Assembly: GCF_009914755.1 (NCBI RefSeq)
Contig: NC_060937.1
Source: the human T2T-CHM13v2.0 reference genome, Homo sapiens
Strand: one strand, 5' to 3'
Length of the DNA: 64,000 nt
A program made the translations under genes and the position numbers. Numbering within the stretch: the stretch's first letter is position 1; each line of letters begins with the position of its first letter. The notes below the pieces were generated by a model that did not search any database, was not told the DNA's origin, and saw nothing but the letters and a program-made list of their open reading frames with translations. Positions 1-13,723 of the stretch are shown here, piece by piece.

Positions 1-769
1 CTAGGAGAGAAAAGGAAAAATGGAAGCATAGAGGAAGGAACTGAGATTTTGTCTGACAATGTAGAAACAAAAACTGACTTTGCCTTGCTTTTGCTATGAC
101 TAAGAACTTCCTGGGCCGCAAGAGTCTGAAAAAAAAATACTGTGTACCTTGAGATAAGCCAAGAGATAACAGATCATTCTTACTGGTTCTGATACCTAAA
201 ATAATAAAACCTTGACTATTTTGCATAAATATGGACTTCATGACAAAAAATTTTATTCCCGATTTTTTACATATTGATATCTGAATACATATTATGAACT
301 TTGTGAATATCATAACTGCACGAGAAATTGCTTTTTCCTGAAAGTGTAGACTACTATAAACTTACTAAACATTGTGATTTGCAACTGTTAAAAATATTTA
401 TGTTTTATATTTGTTGAGCCAGGTTTTCTGAAGTCTGACTCCCCTAGAACTCCTTGCAAATAAAACCTTTTCTTTTCTAAGTGACTCTGTCTCTGAGTCT
501 TCCTTTGACAACATTTTCAACACATACACTGCATGCGAAGATGTTTGATAAAGAAGAAATCTTGCTTTCAGAAATAAAAATCAGATTTGATGTAACCCTC
601 AGGTTAGACAGTTTTTCCTTTGATTTATTTAAGCAACATCTTTTTAGAATCTTTTTATCGTTACTTCCAATCAAAAAGCAGAGACCACAGCCTATAATTC
701 TGGAGTATTTTCAGCCTGGCACATTTTGCTAGGCAACTTCCAATATGCTTTCTCTTCTTTTTTGGTAAC

Positions 770-1905
<1,136 letters not shown>

Positions 1906-2554
1906 GGGCCTGAGTATCAATAAGCATTTTTCAGGAATCATTCTAAGTGCTTCAAGTTGAGAAGATTTAACACATGAAATGGAGGTTAGAAAACTGTCAG
2001 AATGCCTGGGAAAGTAAACAGAAAGGAAAATGGCTGCTGGTTTCAGGAAGTCAAGAATCGCAGGAACACATGGCTGGCTGATGATCTCAGCGACCTGCGG
2101 ACCAACGCAGGTGATCTGCAGGAACCTCCTTGGAAGCGGCAGCTTCCCGCACTCCATATCCACCGGCTGTGGAAGCTCACACATCTGCCTGCTCCTGATG
2201 GAAGCATAGAGGCTGCCACTCCTCTTCCTGATTCTGATGCCTCAGTGGGTGCCTCCTGGTGGTGCAGTCTAAGTTAAAATCCTGCTGGCAACCGGAAAAT
2301 GTAGGTTTCAGGGTTTCAGCCCCTGTAAATACAAGGGAGAATATAGAAGTGGGCAGAAGTATTCCTGTGATGGAAATAGGAAATCCACCGCAGCCTCCGT
2401 TACTCATAAATACAGCTAATGAAACTTAGTAAACATTTTACATCTACGAAAAACTCTGTGTTCCCTTTCTCACTATGTGACCCTTTGGCAGTATTTACAA
2501 AGTATAACTGTGAAGTCGGTTTCAAAAGTATGCTTCATATCCTCCAGTTCCATG

Positions 2555-2770
2555 GGCAGGCTTTGTAATCAGCCAAACGGGATCAAACCCAGATCCTTAA
2601 TTTACCAGCTGCATGACTTGGGAGACTCAGTTAAGCTAGGTGTACCACCGTATCTGTAAAATGGGACTACTAACAGTATATATCTTCAATAATTGTGAGG
2701 ACTGAATGACATGAAATATGTGGAATAATTTTCAGTGTGGTCCATCCTAAGTGCTCCATAAATGTTGGAT
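2555..2770 (+). mobile_element. MIR SINE
   Basis: core motif catgacttggg...atctgtaaaatggg...ttgtgaggactgaatga. Confidence 0.7.
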
Positions 2771-2814
2771 CTTTGTGTTATTGCTGTGATTTACTTCATG
2801 CCTTTGGTGTGAAT

Positions 2815-2900
2815 TTAGTTGTTTATGTATCAGCCTGTCCGCTGAGACTGTTGAGCTCTCCTAAGGTCGGGAGTCTTACGTTTTATATTTTATCCCAGTG
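2815..2900 (+). mobile_element. L2 3' fragment
   Basis: gagactgttgagctctcctaaggtcgggagtc...ttttatcccagtg resembles the L2 3' end. Confidence 0.5.
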
Positions 2901-3299
2901 AGTGGTAGGCAGTGTATTATTCTCAAGACACTGAGGTGGTTCTTATCTAATATCTGTAATTCTAAAAGTTTTCAAGGTTTTTAAATTAATTCAACCAACC
3001 ATTCTTTCAACAATTTTGAGGTTAAAACTTCTAACATATCCTTGATCACCTCAATTCTGGTATTTCTATATTCCTGTACAAAAAGAAATGTACAGACAGT
3101 GTGGTGAAACTTTACAAAAGATTAAGTGTTGGGATGGGGAAGTGGGGGCATAAGTAATAAGAGGGCTTAAATCTGCCTGGAAAAGGTGTTTATTCATTAT
3201 GTCCTCATATGATATGTTAAGGAGTTCAACCTTACTGGGAGGCAATGGGAATTAAATAAGGGATTTATTGTGAATGATAAAGTGATATTATTACTTTTA

Positions 3300-3370
3300 C
3301 TTTTTTTAATTATACTTTAAGTTTTAGGGTACATGTGCACAACGTGCAGGTTTGTTACATAGGTATACAT
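3300..3370 (-). mobile_element. Ultra-short L1PA 3'-end insertion (~71 bp) with 9-bp TSD
   Basis: ttatactttaagttttagggtacatgtgcacaacgtgcaggtttgttacat; TSD ttactttta at 3291-3299 and 3371-3379. Confidence 0.9.
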
Positions 3371-4249
3371 TTACTTTTAAGATTACATTGGAATCACTGC
3401 CATAGATGGTTTGTCGGAGTGAGAGAGGAAAAGAAAATTAGTTAAGAGGGCTTGAACTTTGGCAGTCATGGAGAGAGAGGGGAGAAGCGAATGGGCTGTG
3501 CAGATGCTGAGCAGGCAGAGCTGACAGGAAGGATGGCCCTTGTGCAGGTGCGGCAGGCCCGGTGACTCAGAAAGAAGTGTGAAAGGGAGGCGTGTAACTC
3601 AGAGGGAGAGAGCAGCCTCGGTGTGGTTGACCTTCGTGGGGGCAGCTTCAATCCTGCAGGAGCACAAGGCTGATTGCTGGAGATCAATAAATGCGGAAGA
3701 TAAGATAGTGGGGGTGTTGAGCAGATTTCACTTCATTCAGTAAGTTTACCTGCAAAAGGAAGAAGAGAGAAAAGGCAGCAGTAGCATGAAAATGTGTCGA
3801 TTTTGTCAATTGGAGCATTCTGTATATTCTGTTCAATTGATGGCGCTTTATTTTACTGCTTAACTATAAAAGCCATTGACTGCATGATTAAGTACATAAT
3901 GCCAATAAAAATGACCTTCCATCCTGTTGTTTTTTAATCACCAAATGACTCCCTGGCTGTCAGTAATAATGAATTCATACACACCAACAATAACAAAATG
4001 TTTATTTAGGACAGGACCTCACGTGAGGCCAGCCTTCCTAAGGAAGTGAACAGTTACCTGCTTTAAGGAACTGTTTGCAAATGGACCTCCTGTCTTATCT
4101 CTCACAGACCAAAAACTCCTTTTCAAACAAAAAACCTGGGCATATTTTGCCAGCAACAAATCCGGGAAAATATCTTAGTAGGAACTGGGAAACACTGCAT
4201 TAGAATCTGAACCCTTCAGTAGCTCGAAGTCACCATGCTTTCTTTTTTT

Positions 4250-5395
4250 TCTTTATAGTACAATTTGTTTTTCAGAAGAGTTTTACATTTACAGAAAAAA
4301 AGAGAAAATAATATAGTTTTTATATACTCTGTACCATATGTTACAAATACTAAAGCAATGTTGATATATTATTATGAACCATATTTCTTTTTTTTATTAT
4401 TATACTTTAAGTTCTAGGGTACATGTGCACAACGTGCAGGTTTGTTACATAGGTGTACACATGCCATGTTGGTGTGCTGCACCCATCAACTCGTCATTTA
4501 CTTTAGGTATTTCTCCTAATGCTATCCCTCCCCCAGTCCCCCATCCCCCGACAGGCCCCGGTGTGTGATGTTCCCCGCCCTGTGTCCAAGTGTTCTCATT
4601 GTTCAGTTCCCAACTATGAGTGAGAACATGCAGTGTTTGGTTTTCTGTCCTTGTGATAGTTTGCTCAGAATGATGGATTATGAACCATATTTCATCTTTT
4701 ACTCGGGTTTCCTTGGTTTTTACCTGTTATCCTTTTTCTGTTCCAGGATCCCATTCAGGATACCACATGGCATCTGGGTGTCTGTCCCTTTAGGCTCCTT
4801 GTGGCTGTGCCAGTTTCTCAGATGTTCCTTGCTCCTTGTGTGCAATGACTTTGATAGTTTTGAGGAGTACTGCTCAGGGATTTTGCAGGATGCCTGCTAT
4901 TGGGATTTGTCTGATGTTTTTCTCATGAGAAGAGTGGGATGAGGAGTTACTGGGGGGAAGACCACAGAGTAAAAGTCGCATTGTTATCACATCCTATGCA
5001 GTGGAGATATTATCAACATGATTTTTAACCCTTAATGTTGGCCTTGAGCACCAGGAAGGAAGTCACTAAGTGCAGCCCACACCAAGGAATGCGAAGTTAG
5101 GCTTCACCTCTTTGCAGGGGTTGGGGGCGGGTATCTACATAAATTATGGGAAATTTTACTGTATGAGAGATTTGTCTCTTCTCTCATATTTATTAATTTA
5201 TTCAACCATTTATATCTTTTGAATCCGTGGATGTTTATATTTGGGTTATAATCCGACATTACTTAATGCTCAAAGTGTTTCAGCTTTGGCCTTTGTTGAT
5301 ACTTTCAGCTGGCTCCTGTACTCTTCTGACATGTCCTATTACCCTGACACTTTCTTTTCTTTTCTTTTTTAACACTTTGTTACTTTCTGCTCATA
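4250..5395 (-). mobile_element. Old L1MC-like 3' end, interrupted by a younger L1PA
   Basis: tgttccaggatcccattcaggataccacat...ggctgtgccagtttctcaga...gaggagtactgctcagg typical of L1MC4/5 3' UTR. Confidence 0.7.
4388..4676 (-). mobile_element. L1PA (about L1PA5-6) 3' end, 5'-truncated, with 17-bp TSD
   Basis: L1PA 3' UTR reverse complement; perfect TSD attatgaaccatatttc at 4371-4387 and 4677-4693. Confidence 0.95.
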
Positions 5396-5414
5396 GTTTA
5401 TATGGGTGTATATG

Positions 5415-5476
<62 letters not shown>
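5415..5476. repeat. Compound microsatellite (TC)11(TG)20
   Basis: direct read. Confidence 0.97.
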
Positions 5477-5477
<1 letters not shown>

Positions 5478-6289
5478 TTAAGGGGAAACTGTCTAGGCTT
5501 GTACTTGGGGCTCTTTAATACCCTTCCGTATTTTTTGTCCATCTGATATCTCTCACACCGAGAATATGTTTCTGTCTATCATTCATCTCTCATAGTTTCC
5601 ACTTTATGAACAAGTTGATGTGTTACTTGGTGCATAAGTATGAATACCTTCTATATATTAATGTGAAATATTTAAAATGATTAAATGGTGTTTAATTTGT
5701 CCCACTTAATGTTTTTACTCAAATTCTCTTCTGGGTGCTGTCAGGACCACCATCCCGATTTTCTCATTGATTCTATTTGCCTTGTGCATTTTGTAGACCC
5801 TTTAGTCTTTCTGAGTCACTTTGTTTTGGGTGTGTCTCTTGCGTGTAGCGTGTGGTTGGCTCTTGCCTTGTGAGCCGAGTTGAAAATGTGGATATGGTGG
5901 ATATGATTGGTTTCAGCTCTGACATATTACTATTGTTGAACTTGCTGTGTTTTCTATTATGTCATTTTTCTGAAGGCATAGTATTAGTGTGGTTTTATTT
6001 GTTTTCGCTGGTGACCTATACAGTGTTTTGGAGGATGTGTAAAGTGATAATAGTTAAGTGATTGTCAGCCACCAAGAAATTCCCCACCACTATTTCTTTT
6101 TAACATTTATCATTCTTTTCTTGTTCTCAAAAAGCTATAAAAAGGCAAACGCCCTTAGGATGTCCAGAATGGCTATGATTTGTCATGTCCTTTTGGCAAA
6201 CGTATTAATAAGGCTTTTAATAAAGAAATGAAAATGTATCTGACATTTTCAAAAAGCCAGTCAAGATTCAGAGTGTTATTTATACCTTA

Positions 6290-6990
<701 letters not shown>

Positions 6991-8134
6991 AATATTTAAA
7001 ATCTCAGGCAGGAGTGAAGCATCCCATCAGTGGTCCCACGTGTCTGGGTGGTTGGCAAGAACAGAGTGCTAGGGGATAGGCTGGTGAGTGAGGTGGCTTT
7101 TTGACTGTGAACATCTTTGCATGTCACATAAGGAGTGTAAATTCAACCTTATGGGGAAAACGGGGAGCCACTTTTTTTCTATTTGGCTGAAGGATGACAA
7201 TTGTCTATATGTTTTAGGAAAAAGTTGGCAGAAATACAAAGACTTTGTTGAAGGGGAGAAAAGTAAAAGTGCTGAAGGTAGCTAGGACGAGAGAGCTTGG
7301 GGAAGCAAGGCATGGAAAGACAGAGGGTTCTAAGAACCTGTGAAGAGCTCTGATTCTTGAGGAGGCAAAACTTGAGGTCAGGCATGGCCTGCTTGATCAT
7401 CTGCCCAGAGCCACTCATGCCCACCATGTGCGTTGCAGATATTAATACGTTCCCGGCCTCATGTTCTTTCCTCTCTTGCTGTACAGTTATAGTAGGCAAA
7501 ATGTGCTGTTTGTTTAGCTATCTGTCGTTTTTCTCTCACACCATCGTCCTCCTCTTTCTCAGCTCCTGGCACCAGTGTTCATCATGTGGACCTTCCATCC
7601 TCTTTATGGTAATCTGGTTCACGGTCATCAGCTCTGCAGTTTAATACTCACTCAAGGGAAACTGGAGATCTGTAGCTCAAAATGCAACCCAGAGTGTTCC
7701 CAAGTTGATGGAGTAGTCAACAGGGAGCGGCACCAGGGGAGGGGCTGCGTTTCCGGGTGTGCCGTGTCCCTCAGCTGCTGCTTGCCTAATGCAGCAGGTG
7801 GAGCTCACCTGGGCCACAGCAGACGTACCGCTGTTCGACAAGGATGACTGGGGTGTAAATCTTTTTAAAAACACACGCTAGATTAGCTGTAAAGTCTAAT
7901 GAAACTGTGTAATGCAACATGTCTTTATTGAAACACAAAACATAGATAAGCCTGAATGCAAGAGTGAATATAAATGTCTTCACGTTACACGAGGATTTCT
8001 GTTTTACGTTTTACAAGCTCTCCATTGACTTGGAAGGTCCAGGAAGCAGTGCCTTGCTTTTTTTTTTTTTTTTCCTGAGGCTGTCTGTTATTATGGTTTC
8101 TATTGTTATGATTGTATATTATTCTTACATTAGT

Positions 8135-8345
8135 TTATGTGGTAAATATTTTGTGCCAGGTATTCCAAGAGGAATATTTATTCTCATTTTATTCTTCATT
8201 CTCAAAATCATTTTATTTTCAGAACAATCCTTATTTTATCAACTAGGGCTCTGCGATTTCAGCAAGATTAAATAATTTTCCCAAAGTCACACAACTAGGA
8301 AGTGAAAAATATGTAATTTAACTCAAGTGTATATGATTCAGAGGA
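8135..8345 (-). mobile_element. MIR SINE
   Basis: tgtgccagg...ttattttat...ttaaataattttcccaaagtcacacaactaggaagtg. Confidence 0.6.
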
Positions 8346-8415
8346 ACTGCAGCCTCCCCACACTGTATTTCTTCCTGAATAGGGCCAAACAACTAATTTG
8401 AATAGAGAGAAGTGA

Positions 8416-8823
<408 letters not shown>

Positions 8824-11449
8824 TAATCTTAATTTAATTGGATAATGCAACCCATCATTTTAATGTGAGCACTGAATTTAAAGAGGATGAAGCTGGTTTT
8901 TTATCGTTTCCTTATACTCTTACTGACCAGGTTCAGAATCTGATAGTCACTAGATGTTATTTAGGACAAGTTATATAAGTTTTCTAAAGCTCAGTGTACT
9001 CATGTTCCAGATATTAAGTAAAAATAGATGTAAACATATCTAGAGAATAATAACCAGCAAATAAGCCATATCTCCTTCCTGTCTATCACACTATCCCCCT
9101 CACATCTCTAGTGCTTTAGACCCATAAAAGTTTACGCTTTAAATTTTAAATAAAACTCCTGTAGTGAGGATAGTGTTTAACCCAAAGGATACATATCTCA
9201 TAGTGTAATTTTACTATTATGTTAAACAAAGAAAAAAATAATTTTGTGTTTTAGGATCTTCTTGGAATACTCTCAAATCTCAGTAAATTCATGGGTGTTT
9301 CTTTAAAATGCGCTCTGAAAATATAAGTTTTGGCTAGCATTCATGGGCAAAGTTAGGCATGAAAAAAAAAGGGAAGAAGTGTTTGGAATGGAAAGAACAA
9401 GACCAGCACACAAAGAAGTTCAGACAATTAAAAATTTTGAAATGAAAACATACAAACTTCATGAGAAAATAATGGAAAATAAATCACTAAATAACCATTT
9501 TGATAGAAAGCTTTGAATGTTGGGAATACTTAACATTGCCATTTTTATTCTCATCATGTTAATAATATTTTTTTAATCCATTTGGTTTGCTATAAATCCA
9601 AGCATCACTATGAATTATCTAAGCTGGAGAAGCTAAAGTTGGAGCAAAAATAAAGAATGACCTTCAATACTAAAGAGCAGAAGCTGGCTGCTTTCACTGT
9701 TAAAGATGACAGAACAAGAAGAGAGTCACAGAGAATGTGGTGTTCAAGTTCTATTTTCCCTGAAAGTAACAGATGTGGATTGTGACTGTTTGCTGAGGGA
9801 AATTGTGCAATTTTTTCTCTAGAGAGTTTGGTATGGCTTTGCCAGAAGACAATGTATTACCCGACTATCACAATTCATCCCCTTGCCTGCGGGAAATATA
9901 ATTCTTTATTTGAGAGCTCGAATTATCTTCTATTTTGTTTCAAAGAATCTGGAATTCTATGACCACCATAGAAAAAAGAATGTCATTCATTTCTGGAATT
10001 TGTTACACTGGAAATATAACTCAAAGTCTTTGCCAAGAGTTCCTTTTTCTGAGCTAATCCTCTGATGGCCATTACATTTAAAGTCAAAATACAGCCTTTA
10101 ACTTCTCACTGGAGACTCTCAGAGGTCTCTCAGCTGAGGAAGGCACTTATGTCCAAAGTGATATACACAAATGGTCAAAACTATGTAATGTCAATGAAGA
10201 CAAATTGTTGGAAGTACCTGAAATATTTTGAAACTTGATGTACAGAAAATAGGGTAGTAAAAAATGTCCTGTCATTGAACTAGGTAATTGAAGAATCACT
10301 GAGTGGAAGCCTGCACAGAAAGAAAGACAGGAAGATGAATTTAGCTTTCCTCTTCATCAATATAATATTGACAGAATAACTAACGGTATAGCTCTTGTAT
10401 GAAAAATTGTAAGTAAGGCTGACAGATATACTGGTGAGGTCTGTTCACTTGCTTTGTTCTAATGGGTTTATTTTGGGGACCCATCAGCTTCTATTTAAAA
10501 TATTAAATAGAAAATTGACACACAGTAGTTTGTTCTAAAAGCTTTACATATCTCACTCCATCAATGATCATTTTTTTTGAGTACATGCAAGACAAATGTC
10601 AGACTCACAATATTCAAAGATGGGGAAGATGTGGGGCCTCTTTTCAATAAACTGTCAGTCTTCAAGGTTGCTGGAGTCCATCTCTGCAGGGGGAAACTGG
10701 GTAGATATTAGTTAAATATTAATCTACCTCTTTACCGTGCATGGCCAGCAACTAGGGCGTAATTCCTGCAGTACTGTTTGGCTCCCCGACACATTTACAT
10801 TATTTTTATTTTTATTTTTACCTTTTCTACAGATGAAACCAGAGAAGGGGTCATGCAGATGGTAATAGCCATCCAAGGAGGGCGATGACCCCTTGTTAGT
10901 ATTTAACCCATCTTCTGAACAACAGGCAGTGTGGTACTCACGAGATCACCAAACATTTTCTTCAATCTGAGGAATGGTTGCAGCCTAGGGCTCTCAGTAG
11001 TGAGGAACTGTATTGTGCTTTTTCATTTTATAAGAATGCTATGTTAGCCATCAGAGCTGTCACCGTACATTCACATGTCCAATATCCATGTCGGAGAAGC
11101 TGGTATTTCTGTTTCTGACCAACAAATGATATTTAAGGGAACTTCATTTATAAGAACATTGATCCATGCACTACTTTGCTGCATATGCTTTTGATATATA
11201 AACAGATCATGACTCAGACATGCAAAGGGGCATTTAGTTTATGTCTCCATAGGCTAAGTTAGCTGATCCATGCATTGATTTCAATATGAAAATCAACTTT
11301 GTTTCTTTGTTCATTTATTTAATTGAATTTACTTCCTTGATATGCTCTTTTAGTGTTGCATGTGCAAAACCATAATCTTATGCCTTGCTGCCCAGATCGC
11401 AATCTTTGAAGACTCATCCTTGAAGCACTGTGCAGAATTGTGAAGCAGA

Positions 11450-12430
11450 TTTTAATTGGTGGGCTATTATGTTCTGGGTCCTGTTCTAGTTTTGGGAGAT
11501 GCAGTAAGGAACAAAACATACAAAAATCTCTGCTCAGGGAGCTTACATTTCAATGGAAGGGATAGATAATAAATAAAACACACAGCACACGCAATAGTGG
11601 CAAGCACTTAGGAGGAAATGTTTAAAATGGAGCAGGCATATGAAACGTCAGAGCTGGGGAGAGGAGTGGGTGTTGACATTGAGGTAGCATGGCCAGAGAA
11701 AACATCACACAGAGGGTGACTTTTGGGTGAAAACTGAAGGAAACGAGGGAGCTATGCATGCAGCTAAAAGGAATGAGGGCAGAAAGGAAGCAGGAAGTAG
11801 AAGAGCATTGGGGTGTGGGTGGCCGGCATGTCTGGAGAGCTAGAGAGAGGCCAGTGCACCTGGAGTGCAGAAAACGAGGAGGAGGCTGAAAAGTAAAGAG
11901 GTCAGGCAATAGGGAGCCTTGTAGAGCCTGGCTTTTACTCTGACATGGGAGTCTCTTGTGGAGTTTTTCACATAGGAGGGATAAGGTATGATGTATGCTT
12001 TAACAGGTTCATCCTGACTGCTGTGTTGAGAATGTACTACAGAGAAGCCATGGTAGAATCGGGCAGAAAGTTAGAGCAATACCTAAGGGGAGAGCTCATG
12101 GTGGCTTTGATAAAGGAGTTGACCATGAAGATAATAAGAAAACACAGGATGATGTGCTGCTGTAAGGAATAAGGAGGTGAGAGGAAGAGAAGACTCAGGA
12201 AAATAGAGTTGCTGTTACTTGAGTTTGGGAAGATTGTGAGATGAGATCGTGTGGGTAGGGATATGTAAATTTGCTTTAGGGCGTAAGTTTTTGGTGCTAG
12301 TATGATTCCAAATGTGGGGATCAGTGGACAGGTGGATATATATTTTCTGGAGTTTGGGGAAAAATCTGAGCTTCAGATATAAATATGAAACTTGTCAACA
12401 AACAGGTAATAATTAAAGATATGATACTGA
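11450..12430 (-). mobile_element. L2 LINE fragment
   Basis: purine-rich antisense L2: ggagatgcagtaaggaacaaaaca...ctcagggagcttacatt...ggagccttgtag...ctgctgtgttgagaat...ggacaggtggatata. Confidence 0.8.
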
Positions 12431-12844
12431 GTGACTAGAGAATTAGTAATAATTTTTTTTTTTAAAGCCCCGTGGGAACAGGCAGAGGGGCAGGACTGGA
12501 GCAGAGGCTTGGTCAACGTTTGAGGTTCCTATTAGGTCTGTGGTGTTTACTAGATGTCAGAGGAATTCCAGTCCCACTTTTGGGAGCAGCTTCCATTCAA
12601 TGCTCACAATGAATCACCTGACTTCGTTAAAGTTCAAACTTGAGTCTAAATATTAAAGAACCATAAAATCCAAGTCTTTAGTGTGTAAAGAGGAGAAGGG
12701 TTGAAGTAGGCAAAAATGAGGTGTTTAGTCATTAGTAATTCTGCTGATACAAATATTGTTATAAAATTAAGTATATATTTATGTATATTAAAATATTAAA
12801 TTAATATTGAATATATATTTAAAATTTTAAAATTATAGGCATTG

Positions 12845-13723
12845 ACAGAATTTTGGCTAAATTTCTCAAAACAGTCTCAGAATAAGCAGAAGTTATCATT
12901 CTTTGGCCCTGAAGAAAGTCAACAAGGAAAATGCCTTGAGCATCCCCAAGAAGCTATTGACGTGACCTTTGCTCTTGACCTGTCTGCTTTTGCTTTGACT
13001 GGCCCACTTTCACCTCTCAGTAGCCATTGCTTTGATTATGCTTTGCCTTCAGGATCATACTGGTAAAGCATGTTTCATCTTCTGTTACAATTCTTCAAAG
13101 AAATTCTTCAGGATCTTGATCCCCCTTGTTTAAAATTTCCATTGAAAGCTCTGTTCTTGTCTGCCGCTGATCTGGATGCAAAAATTTTGGTCATTAGGTG
13201 GAAAGTTTTCTCAACTTTAATTTTTCAGAAAGAATTGTGAAAGCTGAACCAGGTGAGATGTCGGTGGCATTGGCTTGTGTTTCTGCTGCTAATCGTCAGT
13301 CCTCTTCAATTTGGGTAAAACAATAACATTTTTTCTTTGCAAATTGATGTGAATGGCCTGCCCATGCAGGCTTCGTCTTCAATATCATCTTGTCCCTTAT
13401 TAAAATGAGTTGTCCATGTATAAACTGCTGATTTCTTTGGGACATTGTCCCCATAAACTTTTCATAAAGCATCAGTGATAGCACCATTTTTCCAGAAGCT
13501 TCCTCATAAATTTGACATTTGTCCTTGCTTCAATTTGAGCAGAAGTTATGTTCCTCTGATAGAGGATCTTTTCAAAGTGCTTTCTTCTTAGTACTTCAAA
13601 CTAGATCCTGTTCAGACATATAACAAAGTAGTGCAAGTTTTATTTTAGTACAAAAAAGTTTTGAAATCCATGCATATTTTTTTCATCATACACATTTTTC
13701 ATGAGCCTTTTGAACACTTTTTG
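12845..13723 (-). mobile_element. HSMAR2 mariner transposon, 5' ~880 bp with decayed transposase
   Basis: Minus strand reads (I)TSAQIEARTNVKFMRKL... and IVTEDET..LYQYDPEGKA*SKQWL..GPVKAKADRSRAKV..AQGIFLVDFLQGQRMITSAY (mariner VTGDETW region); TIR-like end near 13690-13723; start codon is ATA at 13547-13549. Confidence 0.9.

Noticed and set aside
1-510. Possible LTR 3' end (AATAAA at 458-463, ...ctttgaca)
   Set aside because: Cannot assign a family or find the 5' boundary within the window
10800-10867. Strong acceptor then ATG and a possible 29-nt exon (10833-10861)
   Set aside because: Weak donor (ATG|GTAATA), no recognisable protein, no partner exons
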